From an uncultured Clostridia bacterium (GTDB lineage Bacteria; Bacillota; Clostridia; Christensenellales; QALW01): DNA of 64,000 bases. The first letter of the stretch is position 1; every line of letters starts with the position of its first letter. The position numbers were made by a program, and so were the translations under genes. The notes beneath the pieces were generated by a model. The model did no database searches and had not been told where the DNA came from. It saw nothing but the letters and a program-made list of their open reading frames with translations. Location of the stretch: contig CAUDEY010000009.1 of the NCBI GenBank assembly GCA_958448705.1, forward strand, positions 3,010-67,009, written 5' to 3'. Of the stretch, positions 7,629 through 17,744 are shown piece after piece.

Positions 7629-8912
7629 ATGAAAAAATATCGTTTTGAAACTCTGCAGCTTCATGCCGGACAGGAACAGCCCGATCCCGCTTCCGACGCC
7701 CGCGCAGTACCGATCTATCAAACCACCTCGTATGTGTTTAAAAATTGCGCGCATGCGGCGGACCGGTTTTCCCTTGCCGATGCCGGAAATATTTACGGGC
7801 GGCTTACCAATTCCACGACGGAAGCCTTTGAAAAGCGCATGGCGGCACTGGAAGGCGGCACAGCGGCCCTTGGTGTTGCTTCGGGCGCGGCGGCAATTAC
7901 CTATACTTTTTTAAATTTGGCCCGCGCGGGAGATCATATCGTTTCGGCCCGTACTATTTACGGCGGAACGTATAATCTTTTAGCACATACGCTTCCGCAG
8001 TACGGCATTACTGCTAAATTTGTAGATGCGGATAAACCGGATGCCTTTGAAGCAGCCATTGACGAACAGACAAAAGCTGTTTTTATTGAAACCATCGGCA
8101 ATCCGAATGCCTCGCTGATTGACATCGAGGCGGCTGCTGCGGCAGCGCATCGGCATAAAATTCCGCTGGTAACAGATTCCACTTTTGCTACACCGTATCT
8201 GCTTCGTCCGTTTGAATACGGTGCGGATATTGTGGTGCATTCCGCTACTAAATTTATCGGCGGCCACGGTACGGCGATCGGCGGGGTGATTGTGGACAGC
8301 GGAAAGTTTGATTGGGAGGCCAGCGGAAAATTTCCTTTGCTCACAGAGCCTGATCCAAGCTATCATGGCATCAGCTTTACCAAGGCCGCGGGCAAAGCCG
8401 CTTTTATTACCAGAATCCGAGCAATCCTTCTGCGGGATACCGGGGCTACACTTGCTCCGCTGCATGCGTTTTTGTTTCTTCAGGGCTTGGAAACGCTCTC
8501 TTTGCGCGTGGAGCGGCATGTGGAAAATGCTCTAAAAGTAGTAAAGTATCTCTCGGAGCATCCGCTGGTAGAAAAAGTCAATCACCCGTCGCTGCCGGAA
8601 CATCCGCATCATACGCTGTATCAAAAATATTTTCCCAGGGGCGGCGCTTCTATTTTTACTTTTGAAATCAAGGGCGGCGCAGAGAAGGCAAAAAAGTTTA
8701 TAGACGCGCTGAAAATTTTTTCGCTTCTGGCCAATGTAGCGGATGTAAAATCCCTGGTGATTCATCCGGCATCGACAACCCATTCCCAGCTTTCTGAAGC
8801 GGAGCTGCTTGAACAGGGAATAAAACCTAATACCATAAGGCTTTCTATTGGTACCGAGCATATTGATGATATTATAGAAGATCTTGAACAGGCGTTTTGT
8901 GCCATTCAGTAA
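7629..8912 (+). CDS. metY: O-acetylhomoserine sulfhydrylase (aminocarboxypropyltransferase)
   Basis: The N-terminus is typical: [37 protein letters not shown]. The PLP-lysine region is [11 protein letters not shown]. An A/G-rich RBS precedes the ATG at 7629. Confidence 0.9.
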   Translation: MKKYRFETLQLHAGQEQPDPASDARAVPIYQTTSYVFKNCAHAADRFSLADAGNIYGRLTNSTTEAFEKRMAALEGGTAALGVASGAAAITYTFLNLARAGDHIVSARTIYGGTYNLLAHTLPQYGITAKFVDADKPDAFEAAIDEQTKAVFIETIGNPNASLIDIEAAAAAAHRHKIPLVTDSTFATPYLLRPFEYGADIVVHSATKFIGGHGTAIGGVIVDSGKFDWEASGKFPLLTEPDPSYHGISFTKAAGKAAFITRIRAILLRDTGATLAPLHAFLFLQGLETLSLRVERHVENALKVVKYLSEHPLVEKVNHPSLPEHPHHTLYQKYFPRGGASIFTFEIKGGAEKAKKFIDALKIFSLLANVADVKSLVIHPASTTHSQLSEAELLEQGIKPNTIRLSIGTEHIDDIIEDLEQAFCAIQ

Positions 8913-8922
8913 GGAGGACAGT

Positions 8923-9858
8923 ATGACAAAAATCTACACTTCAGCCGATCAGCTTGTAGGGAAAACCCCGCTTTTGGAGCTTACACACATTGAAAACAAC
9001 GATAATATCCCGGCCAGAATCCTTGCCAAACTTGAATATTTCAATCCTGCCGGTTCCGTAAAGGACCGCGTCGCCAAAGCGATGATAGAGGATGCTGAGC
9101 AAAAAGGGCTGCTGGGGCCGGGCTCGGTTCTCATTGAGCCCACCTCGGGCAATACGGGCATCGGCCTTGCCGCCGTTGCCGCGGCAAAGGGATACCGATG
9201 CATCATCGTAATGCCGGAGACGATGTCAAAAGAGCGGCGCGTCGCCGTAAAGGCTTACGGAGGTGAACTGGTGCTTACCGAGGGGGCCAAGGGGATGAAA
9301 GGTGCCATTGAAAAGGCCGAAGAACTGGCTGCCGCGATGCCCGGCAGTTTTATTCCCGGGCAGTTTACTAATCCTGTGAATCCGCAGACGCACTACAGAA
9401 CAACCGGTCCTGAGATCTGGGAAGATACGGACGGCAGAGTGGATGTGTTTGTTGCCGGTGTGGGCACGGGCGGAACGCTTTCCGGCGTGGGAGAATATTT
9501 AAAAAGTAAAAATCCTCAAATAAAAGTAGTTGCTGTAGAACCCGAAGATTCCCCGGTGCTTTCCGCCGGAAGAGCCGGCGCCCATAAAATACAGGGCATC
9601 GGTGCGGGATTTGTGCCCGATACCCTTAACACCGCAGTTTATGATGAAATCATAACGGTATCAAACGAGGAAGCCTTTGCGGGTGCCCGTGCCGTAGGGT
9701 GCGAGGAAGGCGTATTGGTGGGAATCAGCTCCGGCGCGGCACTGCATGCGGCAATTACGCTTGCAAAACGCCCTGAAAATAGAGGAAAGACGATTGTCGT
9801 GCTTTTCCCGGATACCGGCGACAGATATTTTTCTGCCGGGTTGTTTCCGGAGGAGTAA
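8923..9858 (+). CDS. cysK: cysteine synthase A (O-acetylserine sulfhydrylase)
   Basis: [29 protein letters not shown] and [12 protein letters not shown] motifs. AGGAGG RBS 5 nt before the ATG at 8923. Confidence 0.9.
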   Translation: MTKIYTSADQLVGKTPLLELTHIENNDNIPARILAKLEYFNPAGSVKDRVAKAMIEDAEQKGLLGPGSVLIEPTSGNTGIGLAAVAAAKGYRCIIVMPETMSKERRVAVKAYGGELVLTEGAKGMKGAIEKAEELAAAMPGSFIPGQFTNPVNPQTHYRTTGPEIWEDTDGRVDVFVAGVGTGGTLSGVGEYLKSKNPQIKVVAVEPEDSPVLSAGRAGAHKIQGIGAGFVPDTLNTAVYDEIITVSNEEAFAGARAVGCEEGVLVGISSGAALHAAITLAKRPENRGKTIVVLFPDTGDRYFSAGLFPEE

Positions 9859-9860
9859 AG

Positions 9861-11048
9861 ATGTTTGTTTATGCGGATCATGCGGCGACGACAAAATTGA
9901 GTAAAGCGGCGCTGCAGGCGATGCTGCCGTATTTACAGGAGGAATACGGCAATCCCTCCGGCTTGTATTTTTTGGGGCAGCGGGCTGCCGAGGGGCTGGA
10001 ACGGGCCCGCGGCGATATCGCGCGGTGCCTGGGCTGCCGCAGCGAGGAGCTCTTTTTTACTTCCGGCGGAAGTGAAGCAGATAATCAGGCGCTGATTTCT
10101 GCGGCTGAAATCGGACGGAAGAAGGGAAAGCGGCATATCATATCCTCTGCTTTTGAGCATCATGCAGTGCTGCATACTCTGGATAAGCTTAAAAAAAGAG
10201 GATTTGAAATTACATTTCTTGATGTGCATGAAAACGGGATTGTCTCTCCGGCTGAGGTAGAAGAAGCTATACGGCCGGACACCTGCCTGGTAACGGTGAT
10301 GTATGCCAATAATGAAATCGGTACTGTTCAGCCTGTTGGGGAGATCGGGGCGGTATGCAGAAAAAAGGGCGTGCTGTTCCATACGGATGCCGTACAGGCG
10401 GCGGGGCAGCTTGCAATCGATACGGAGGCACAGAAGATTGATATGCTTTCGCTTTCGGCGCATAAATTTCACGGGCCGAAGGGCGTGGGTGTGCTTTATA
10501 TCAGAAGAGGCATTCCCGCAGTGAGCCTGATTCACGGCGGCGGACAGGAGCGCGGAAAACGGGCCGGCACGGAAAATACGGCCGGTATTGCCGGAATGGC
10601 GGCAGCGCTGCAGGAGGCCTGCAGCCGCATGCAGTACAACAGCAGCCGTATCCGTTCCATTCGGGACGGCCTTTTGCAGGAGCTTTTAAAAATTCCGCAC
10701 AGCGTCCTTAATGGTGACCGTGTTCGGCGGCTGCCGGGGAATATCCATATGTGCTTTGAAGGCATTGAGGGAGAGTCGCTGATTTTGCTGCTCAGTGAAA
10801 GAGGCATCTGCGCGTCCTCCGGATCGGCCTGTACTTCCGGATCGTTGGATCCGAGCCATGTTCTGCTTGCAATAGGACGGGATCACGGAATTGCACATGG
10901 GTCGCTGCGCCTTTCTCTGGGGGCGGATATTACGCCGGCGGAGGCGGAATATATTGCGCAAAACGTGAAGGCCGCTGTGGAATATTTAAGAAATATGTCT
11001 CCTGTTTGGCGGGATATGAAAGAAGGGAAGAAACAGCATGCTGTATAG
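9861..11048 (+). CDS. nifS: cysteine desulfurase, NifS/IscS class
   Basis: The start is MFVYADHAATTKL, with GNPSGLY, SAHKFHGPKGVG (PLP Lys) and the active-site loop SSGSACTSG. Confidence 0.9.
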   Translation: MFVYADHAATTKLSKAALQAMLPYLQEEYGNPSGLYFLGQRAAEGLERARGDIARCLGCRSEELFFTSGGSEADNQALISAAEIGRKKGKRHIISSAFEHHAVLHTLDKLKKRGFEITFLDVHENGIVSPAEVEEAIRPDTCLVTVMYANNEIGTVQPVGEIGAVCRKKGVLFHTDAVQAAGQLAIDTEAQKIDMLSLSAHKFHGPKGVGVLYIRRGIPAVSLIHGGGQERGKRAGTENTAGIAGMAAALQEACSRMQYNSSRIRSIRDGLLQELLKIPHSVLNGDRVRRLPGNIHMCFEGIEGESLILLLSERGICASSGSACTSGSLDPSHVLLAIGRDHGIAHGSLRLSLGADITPAEAEYIAQNVKAAVEYLRNMSPVWRDMKEGKKQHAV

Positions 11049-11418
11049 TGAAAAGGTGATGGATCATTTTAAAAATCCGCGTAATGTGGGCGTAATAGAA
11101 GATGCGGACGGAATCGGCGAGTCGGGCAATGCAAAATGCGGCGATATCATGCGGATTTATCTTAAGGTGAAGGATGACATCATAGAGGATGTAAAATTTG
11201 AAACCTTTGGCTGCGGTTCGGCAATCGCATCCAGCTCCATGGCTACGGAAATGATCAAAAATAAGCCGATATCCGAGGCGCTTGCGCTTACCAACCGGGC
11301 GGTGGCCGAGGCGCTGGACGGACTTCCGGCCAATAAGCTGCACTGCTCCGTTTTAGCGGAGGAAGCGATTCAAAACGCCATAAAAGATTATCAAAAAAAG
11401 GCCGGCAGTCCGGCATAG
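11038..11418 (+). CDS. nifU: Fe-S cluster assembly scaffold protein NifU/IscU
   Basis: YSEKVMDHFKNPRNVG, NAKCGD, FGCGSAIASSS and LHCSVLA cysteine motifs. Overlaps nifS by 11 nt. Confidence 0.9.
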   Translation: MLYSEKVMDHFKNPRNVGVIEDADGIGESGNAKCGDIMRIYLKVKDDIIEDVKFETFGCGSAIASSSMATEMIKNKPISEALALTNRAVAEALDGLPANKLHCSVLAEEAIQNAIKDYQKKAGSPA

Positions 11419-11433
11419 AAGGAGAGATTTTGC

Positions 11434-11835
11434 ATGATGGTTTCCACAAAGGGGCGCTATGCCCTGCGGGTCATGCTGGATTTGGCCGAGCACAGAAACG
11501 AAGGGTATATCCGCCTGCAGGATATTGCCCAGCGGCAGGAGATTTCGGAAAAATATTTGGAGGGCATTATTGTAGTGCTTTCCAAGGCAGGCTTTGTGGA
11601 TGCACTCAGGGGAAAGGGCGGCGGCTACCGGCTGAACCGGGATCCGGAGGCGTATACGGTGGGCAGCATTCTAAAGCTTACTGAGGGCTCCTTAGCGCCG
11701 GTGGCCTGCCTGGAAGGTACACCGAACCGGTGCGCGCGCGCCGGCCGCTGCGCCACACTGCCGATGTGGGAAAAACTGGATAAAATGATCGACGATTTTT
11801 TTGAAGGCGTCACGCTGCAGCAGCTTCTGCAATAG
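11434..11835 (+). CDS. Rrf2-family transcriptional regulator (IscR/CymR-like)
   Basis: The N-terminal wHTH is STKGRYALRVMLDLAEH...IAQRQEISEKYLEGI. It has GGGYRL and C-terminal Cys residues (CLEGTPNRCARAGRC). Confidence 0.85.
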   Translation: MMVSTKGRYALRVMLDLAEHRNEGYIRLQDIAQRQEISEKYLEGIIVVLSKAGFVDALRGKGGGYRLNRDPEAYTVGSILKLTEGSLAPVACLEGTPNRCARAGRCATLPMWEKLDKMIDDFFEGVTLQQLLQ

Positions 11836-12428
11836 CAGGATTGTTTTGAAAAGGCAAAGCCGGCATTTTTGCCGGCTTCGCTGCTTTTTATGTGGAAGGA
11901 GCCCAACGGCCGGAATTGCGGCGGAAGCGTTTCCTCCTGCACGGGAAGGGGAAAATCGGAACCGATATAGATTACGCTTTCCGGGATATCGCTGGGCAGA
12001 TTGCTGATTTTTATGCGGTATTTGCCCTCGGGGACGGAAGCGCCGCGATATTCGCATACCGTTCGGTGCGGATATTTCTGATACAGGGAATCCCCCAGCT
12101 CTAAATTAATGCAGATAGCTATGCGGTAGGGGCCCAGTCCGTCGTCAGCGGTCAGCTTTTCTTCGCCGGTATCCCCGTACAGGGTCTCCTCCCCGGGATC
12201 CAGGATATACACGGCGCAGAAAACCTTTTTTTCAAAATATAAATGGTGAATGTTTCGGTAGGAAACCGTGATGGACAGCTCCCCCGCGGCCGTCTCCCGC
12301 AGCGTGATATTTTGCACATACCCTTCTTCCGCGGCAGCGATGTACAGGCCGATATGCAGGGCGGCAAGGCTGAGGGAGCAGAGGACGATCAGCGCTGTAA
12401 GGCCCGTGCGGCGCAGGAATTTTTTCAT
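11625..12428 (-). CDS. hypothetical N-terminally membrane-anchored or secreted protein, paralog 1 (3' end anomalous)
   Basis: ATG at 12428 follows an AAGGAG RBS. The signal/anchor is MKKFLRRTGLTALIVLCSLSLAAL. The protein is colinear with paralog 2 up to IYIGSDFPLP. There is no stop until 11625, so the ORF crosses the terminator and overlaps rrf2 by 211 bp. Confidence 0.55.
   Translation of the reverse strand: MKKFLRRTGLTALIVLCSLSLAALHIGLYIAAAEEGYVQNITLRETAAGELSITVSYRNIHHLYFEKKVFCAVYILDPGEETLYGDTGEEKLTADDGLGPYRIAICINLELGDSLYQKYPHRTVCEYRGASVPEGKYRIKISNLPSDIPESVIYIGSDFPLPVQEETLPPQFRPLGSFHIKSSEAGKNAGFAFSKQSCYCRSCCSVTPSKKSSIILSSFSHIGSVAQRPARAHRFGVPSRQATGAKEPSVSFRMLPTVYASGSRFSR
11857..11890. terminator. 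intrinsic terminator hairpin between the convergent rrf2 and 11625-12428 genes
   Basis: AAGCCGGC-attttt-GCCGGCTT followed by a T-run. The same hairpin is read through by the minus-strand ORF. Confidence 0.6.
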
Positions 12429-12440
12429 AAGCTTCTCCTT
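12342..12440 (-). repeat. 99-bp duplicated segment (RBS + signal-anchor codons), copy 1
   Basis: 96 of 99 nt are identical to 12933-13031, while the remainder of the two genes is strongly diverged. Confidence 0.9.
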
Positions 12441-12473
12441 TATATTCATTACAGAAGCGAAAAGTGGAACGCC

Positions 12474-13019
12474 TCAGCGCTCAAGCTCGATATATAAATT
12501 TCCGGCAGGCATATAGAGAAGCCCATGTTTTTCCTTAATTTCAAACGGCTCGTCGGAACCGATATAAATGCAGAGCAGCGAGTCATCCGGCTCAGTTACC
12601 AGCATTTTAAATTTTCCCTTGAGAGAGGGATTTAAAGTTTTTACATCGTATGCGGACCACCATCCGTCTGTAAGAGAAGGCGTTTGATGTTTATAAAGCC
12701 GTTCTCCCCGATTCGTATCTATAAAGAGAATTTCTATGCGGTATTTCCCTAAAACACCGGGATCTATTTTTCCGTCACCGACACTGAATTCTTCCCCTTC
12801 TTCCATCATATGCACCTCGTAATGCATCTTCTCAAAATACATATTATCATAGGAAACGGCGAGAACTAACCTGCCGAAAGGAGCGGAATGCAGTTTGACG
12901 TCCCAAACTTCATTGCTGTGCCCGCAGAAAAGGTACAGGCCGATATGCAGGGCGGCAAGGCTGAGGGAGCAGAGGATAATCAGCGCTGTGAGGCCCGTGC
13001 GGCGCAGGAATTTTTTCAT
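12474..13019 (-). CDS. hypothetical N-terminally membrane-anchored or secreted protein, paralog 2
   Basis: ATG at 13019 follows an AAGGAG RBS. The first ~30 aa are nearly identical to paralog 1. Shared landmarks are SY.N..FEK, GKYRI.I and IYIGSD.P. Confidence 0.65.
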   Translation of the reverse strand: MKKFLRRTGLTALIILCSLSLAALHIGLYLFCGHSNEVWDVKLHSAPFGRLVLAVSYDNMYFEKMHYEVHMMEEGEEFSVGDGKIDPGVLGKYRIEILFIDTNRGERLYKHQTPSLTDGWWSAYDVKTLNPSLKGKFKMLVTEPDDSLLCIYIGSDEPFEIKEKHGLLYMPAGNLYIELER

Positions 13020-13031
13020 AAGCTTCTCCTT
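12933..13031 (-). repeat. 99-bp duplicated segment (RBS + signal-anchor codons), copy 2
   Basis: 96 of 99 nt are identical to 12342-12440. Confidence 0.9.
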
Positions 13032-13217
13032 CAGGGACACCAGGCACGGATGATGGAATCCAGCTGGTTTACTTTGGGAATGGCGGCATCGCCGGGGCAT
13101 TCTGTGTCTTTTCCGTTGGCTGCTTTATGGTTATCATAGCATATCATCAAACAAAGATCAAATATTTTGTAAATTTGTAAAAGTGCAAGTATAAACTTTT
13201 GCGGTTTGGAAACAAAA

Positions 13218-13248
13218 GCTCCCGTTTGCTTTTTATGCAAACGGGAGC
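13218..13248 (-). terminator. intrinsic terminator of the GH109-like gene
   Basis: GCTCCCGTTTGC-7 nt-GCAAACGGGAGC is a 12-bp perfect stem. It is followed by TTTTGTTT on the minus strand. Confidence 0.75.
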
Positions 13249-13257
13249 GTTGCTTTT

Positions 13258-14499
13258 TTACAGCTCCGTTACATCCGCCGGTTTTCTGCTTTGCCAGGCG
13301 CCCTGCGTAAAATCGGGCATTGCCTGCGGCGCGCCGCCCGTCTGAATGGATTGCTCCGAAAGCACGGAAACGGCCATCCATACTGCGGCGTCATAAACGT
13401 CAATGGGCATATCGGTTTTCTTTTTTATCGCGTCGGCAAAGGCGCGGAATACAAAGTAATCCATGCCGCCGTGGCCTGCGGCCTGCGCCTCGGCAGAGAT
13501 ATCTTTCCAAATCGGCGGCAGATAGTCCGCTTCATATTCCACGGCGTTGTTGATCAGCTCCTGGTAGGAGCGCACGGGCTCGAAATATTTTTCACTGTGC
13601 GTACCCTCGATAAATACGCTGTTGGTTGCCTGCTCATACATGCCCTTTGTGCCGCGTACGGTAAAATCACGGGAATAAAAACGGGGCAGCGTGGTGTCCA
13701 GACGCAGAAGAATCGTTTCTCCGCCGGCGCATTTCAGCATGGTGGTAACGATATCGCCCTGGGCAAAGTCCGTTTCTTTCATATATTCCGGCACTGCTTT
13801 TTCCTGCGCTTGCTGCCGGATATATTCTTTGAGCCCGGCAGCCTTTGACGCCATAGAGGAAACGGAGACGATGCGGTTTCCGCGGTTGATGTTCAAAAGC
13901 TTTGCGATCGGTCCCAGTTCATGGGTAGGGTAGTTTTCGCAGCAGCGGTGCTGGTAGTTCTTAAAGCGGTAATGGCGGTTCTCGATGCCCCAGGCTACCT
14001 CCTGGCGCAGGTCATGGGAATAGGAGCCTGCACAGTGGACGATCTGTCCGAAGAGGCTTGCGCGGGCCATGGCTGTGGCCAGCAGTTCTTCCCGGCCGTA
14101 GCAGCAATTTTCCAGCAGCATGTACGGCGTTTTTGTCCGTTCAAAGGTATCTACAAGCCTTTGGCAGCCGGTCAGAGAAAACTCACTGCCCACATCGCTG
14201 CCCACGGGAATCCCCTGCGCCATGGCAAACATGGAAATTTCTCCGTGGGTTTCCCAGGAGGAGAACACCAGTGCGCCGTCCAGTCCCGGCAAGGAAAGCG
14301 CCTGACGGTAGTCGGTAAAACCCTGGGCGGCGCCGTCTTCGGCACCCGCTGTGGTTTTTATCATGGCGGCAACACGGTCCTCATAAACATCGCATACCGC
14401 GGCAACGTGTACATCCGGCATCTTTAAAAGTACGTTTTCAATGACCCAGCAGCCTCTGTTTCCCAGGCCGATTACTGCTAAATTGATTTTTTTCGTCAT
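13258..14499 (-). CDS. Gfo/Idh/MocA-family NAD-dependent oxidoreductase, GH109-like
   Basis: The start at 14499 gives a Rossmann N-terminus (MTKKINLAVIGLGNRG). The C-terminal block GHGGMDYFVFRAFADAI...DVYDAAVWMAVSVLSEQS...PDFTQG resembles GH109 alpha-N-acetylgalactosaminidase-type proteins. Confidence 0.75.
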   Translation of the reverse strand: MTKKINLAVIGLGNRGCWVIENVLLKMPDVHVAAVCDVYEDRVAAMIKTTAGAEDGAAQGFTDYRQALSLPGLDGALVFSSWETHGEISMFAMAQGIPVGSDVGSEFSLTGCQRLVDTFERTKTPYMLLENCCYGREELLATAMARASLFGQIVHCAGSYSHDLRQEVAWGIENRHYRFKNYQHRCCENYPTHELGPIAKLLNINRGNRIVSVSSMASKAAGLKEYIRQQAQEKAVPEYMKETDFAQGDIVTTMLKCAGGETILLRLDTTLPRFYSRDFTVRGTKGMYEQATNSVFIEGTHSEKYFEPVRSYQELINNAVEYEADYLPPIWKDISAEAQAAGHGGMDYFVFRAFADAIKKKTDMPIDVYDAAVWMAVSVLSEQSIQTGGAPQAMPDFTQGAWQSRKPADVTEL

Positions 14500-14671
14500 A
14501 AAATAAGATTCCTTTCTTTTTTTGCGGGCAATAGATCCTGCCCGGAATATACCTATATCATACTGCGCACCTTTGTATATCGGCAATGGGTTTCCTTATC
14601 AAAAAACTGTGTTTTTTTATTATTCTTTACTTTTTTCTTCGGATATGATAGAATATTTTATAGGTGATTTT

Positions 14672-15490
14672 ATGGGAAAATTTATAGAGCAGTACAATTT
14701 TATCAGACCCTTTTCTTATGAAGGCGATTTCTATTTAAAATATTTAGGATATAATGATTTTGAAAAGGTTGTGCCGATCAAGCGGCCGCGTGTACAAGAT
14801 TTTTATACGCTGCACTATGTTCTGGGCGGCAGCGGGACGTTGATGCTGGGGGGAACGTTTTATAAGGTGCGGGCTGGGCAGCTGTTCTTTTTGCCGCCGC
14901 AGGAGCAGATCCTGTATTATCCTGATGAAGCTGCACCCTGGGAATACGTTTGGTTTGCCTTTGATGGTGCAAAAGCAGAGGAATATGGAAAAAAGATGGG
15001 GTTTTCGGTTGAGGCGCCGGTTCGGGAGGCGCCGGCAGGCGGCCAGGTGCCCTTGTGCCTGCAGCGGCTCTTCGGCTGTATGCTGGCAGAGGACGGTGAC
15101 GGGTACTTTATGGCGCTTTCTGCTTTTTATGAAATCCTGCATCTATGCGGGAGCAGGGAGCCTCTGCGGGGCGCCGCGCAGATTAAAAAGCTGATCGATC
15201 AAAGCTTTGCTTCCCCGGATTTTACTGTGGAGCAGCTCTGCCGCAGCCTGCATATCAGCCACGCCCAGCTCTGCCGGATTTTCAGGGAGGAATATGGTGT
15301 TACCGCGGTAAAGTATTTGATTTCCTGCAGACTGGCTTTGGCAGCGCGGCTGCTGGAGACAACGCAGCTGCCTATAAAAACCGTGGCGGCCTCCTGCGGC
15401 TTTCATGATGAGATCCATTTTATGAAATCCTTTAAAAAAGCTTACGGAATGCCGGCCCTGGCATTCCGAATGCAGCAGATTAAAAAATAA
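14672..15490 (+). CDS. AraC-family transcriptional regulator
   Basis: ATG at 14672 follows AGGTGA. The protein has a cupin-like N-terminal half and an HTH_AraC C-terminus (GFHDEIHFMKSFKKAYGMPALAFR). It is divergent from the GH109-like gene. Confidence 0.8.
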   Translation: MGKFIEQYNFIRPFSYEGDFYLKYLGYNDFEKVVPIKRPRVQDFYTLHYVLGGSGTLMLGGTFYKVRAGQLFFLPPQEQILYYPDEAAPWEYVWFAFDGAKAEEYGKKMGFSVEAPVREAPAGGQVPLCLQRLFGCMLAEDGDGYFMALSAFYEILHLCGSREPLRGAAQIKKLIDQSFASPDFTVEQLCRSLHISHAQLCRIFREEYGVTAVKYLISCRLALAARLLETTQLPIKTVAASCGFHDEIHFMKSFKKAYGMPALAFRMQQIKK

Positions 15491-15523
15491 AAACAGGAAC
15501 AGAACGTTCCTGTTTAAGCAGGT

Positions 15524-16681
15524 TTACTGAATCCAGCTTTTCCGGTTTGCATCCAAAGCGATATTGCTTTGGCCGTAAAGCGCCAATTGCAGCTTGCGGG
15601 CTGCCAAGGGATAATCTACCTTCCAGTACCAGATGTGATCCGCCGTATTCCGGAAGCCCTTGGCGCAGTCGCTGTCGGGAAGAGACATCTGCTGAATGGA
15701 GTAATCCAGCCAGCCGTTCGTCAGCGCATTGGTAGCATAGCCGAGCATATCGGTAGAGGAAAGCCCCGTGCGGATATAGGGGATCATGGTATTGAGAATG
15801 GAAAGCATCGAGGATACGCCGTAGCTTTTGGCCTGGGCGAGCAGTTGCTTAATGACTTTTTGCTGCCGGTCTACGCGCGCTTCGTCACCGCCGATGTTTT
15901 CCCGTATCCGCATATAGATCAGCGCTTCCTGACCGCTCAGGGTGTTTTTGCCGGTGCTCAGGCGCTTGAATCCGCATTTGTTGCGCAGATACTGACTCTC
16001 CTCCTGGGAAAGCTCTATTTCCACACCGCCCATTGCGTCAATCACTTTGGGAAGGGAAGCAAAATTCACGATTGCGTAATTATCAATGGACACCTTATAG
16101 TAGCGCTCCAACATTTGAATCTGCAGGGTTGGGCCTCCGTAGGCGTTGGCATGGTGCAGCTTTTCAAAAGCACCTTTGTTATCATGAATGATGTAGCTGT
16201 ACTGATCGCGCATGATCGAGGCCAGCGTAATCGTTTTTGTGCTGTGATTAATAGAAAAAATAACCATGGCATCGGCGCGGGAATTGCTTTTTAAATTTTC
16301 ATTGTCCATGCCGATCAGCAGAATATTGGTAACATTGGAAGAACGGACAGGGGAACCGTTGTTCATCCAGTTTTTGATATTGGCCTGCAGGTTATTTAAT
16401 TCCTGGGGATGAATATCTTCCCCGCTGATGGCAGCGCCCGCGTCGCCGTCGATCGGCGGCAGTGTGGCAAGGTTGCCTAAAGAGGTGCCGTCTCCTTCCA
16501 CAATGCTCCCGGCCGAGCCGATATCTACACCCTGGCTGGGCGTATATTTTCCGTCGCTCATGCGGCCGAAATACCAGGACCATGCCCCAAAGGCACAACC
16601 CAATACCAGCGTGGCGATCGCCAGCGCTACGGCAATGATTTGAAACATCAGGCTTACATTATCCTTGGTTTGAAAAAGCAT
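15524..16681 (-). CDS. LCP (LytR-CpsA-Psr) family cell-envelope polymer transferase
   Basis: N-terminal TM segment followed by NILLIGMDN...RADAMVIFSIN...ITLASIMRD and the C-terminal LCP core. Confidence 0.85.
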   Translation of the reverse strand: MLFQTKDNVSLMFQIIAVALAIATLVLGCAFGAWSWYFGRMSDGKYTPSQGVDIGSAGSIVEGDGTSLGNLATLPPIDGDAGAAISGEDIHPQELNNLQANIKNWMNNGSPVRSSNVTNILLIGMDNENLKSNSRADAMVIFSINHSTKTITLASIMRDQYSYIIHDNKGAFEKLHHANAYGGPTLQIQMLERYYKVSIDNYAIVNFASLPKVIDAMGGVEIELSQEESQYLRNKCGFKRLSTGKNTLSGQEALIYMRIRENIGGDEARVDRQQKVIKQLLAQAKSYGVSSMLSILNTMIPYIRTGLSSTDMLGYATNALTNGWLDYSIQQMSLPDSDCAKGFRNTADHIWYWKVDYPLAARKLQLALYGQSNIALDANRKSWIQ

Positions 16682-16892
16682 ATAAAAAACCTCGATTCGG
16701 TGCGGTGCCGGTTCGTGAAAACGCCGGTCTGTTTTTTCAGCATATTATATATTATAACATATTTTAAAAAAACGAACAAAAAAATTATAAAAATGAAAAA
16801 ACAGTTTTGGAATGTCCATAAGAAATCACATTGACGAAACGGGGGTTCTTTTATATACTTATATTGTCTAATTAATATATAGGGGGAGCCTT

Positions 16893-17714
16893 ATGAAAAA
16901 AACTATCACGATCTGCTTTGCCAATAATAAGGGCGGGTCAGGAAAATCTACCACCTGCTCCAATGTGGGATACAGCTTGGCCCAAAGCGGAAAAAAAGTG
17001 CTGCTGATCGACGGGGATATGCAGCTGAATCTTTCTCTCTCCCTTTTTGATGAGGAAACTGTACTGCAGATGGCCCAGGGTGAGAAAAATTTATATCATG
17101 CCGTTAAAAATCAGCTGCCGCTGGAGGATTTTATTGTAAAAACCCCGTACGAAAATTTAGAGCTCATTCCCTCCTCTACGCTGATGAGCGGGATAGAATA
17201 TGAGCTTTTTACCAAATGGCAGCGGGAGTTTATTTTAAAAAAATGCTTAGCGGGAGTGCAGAAAAGCGAAAAATATGATTATATTTTGATCGATGCTCCG
17301 CCCACCCTGGGCGGCTGGGTGATGAACCTGCTCTGTGCGTCGGATTTTTTGCTGATTCCCGTCGAGGCCAGCCCCTGGGGGCTTTTCGGATTGGCCAATA
17401 TGTTTGAATTTTATTCTGTAGTATGCCAGATGGCGCCGGAGCTGAAGATTCTGGGCATTGCCGTGACCAAGGTGAACGAGAGGAAGAATTATTTTAAGCA
17501 GACCCTTGCTACCCTGCAGGAGATGGAGGATATGCCGGTATTTTCTTCCTACATTCGGGTTGACAGTACCGTGGAATGGGCGCAGGATGCCAGCAAGCCG
17601 GTTGCGGCTTTCCGTAAAACGAGCCGAAGCGCGCAGGAATATGATGCCTTGGCGCGGGAGATTGATAAAGCGGCAAGAACATCATGTTTTTCCGCGTGCG
17701 GACAGAAGCTGTAA
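16893..17714 (+). CDS. ParA/Soj-type P-loop ATPase (orphan; no parB adjacent)
   Basis: Deviant Walker A (NNKGGSGKSTT), LLIDGDMQ and ILIDAPP. GGGGGAG RBS. Confidence 0.85.
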   Translation: MKKTITICFANNKGGSGKSTTCSNVGYSLAQSGKKVLLIDGDMQLNLSLSLFDEETVLQMAQGEKNLYHAVKNQLPLEDFIVKTPYENLELIPSSTLMSGIEYELFTKWQREFILKKCLAGVQKSEKYDYILIDAPPTLGGWVMNLLCASDFLLIPVEASPWGLFGLANMFEFYSVVCQMAPELKILGIAVTKVNERKNYFKQTLATLQEMEDMPVFSSYIRVDSTVEWAQDASKPVAAFRKTSRSAQEYDALAREIDKAARTSCFSACGQKL

Positions 17715-17744
17715 AAAGAGGAAAGGCGGGACTTTCCTCTTTTT

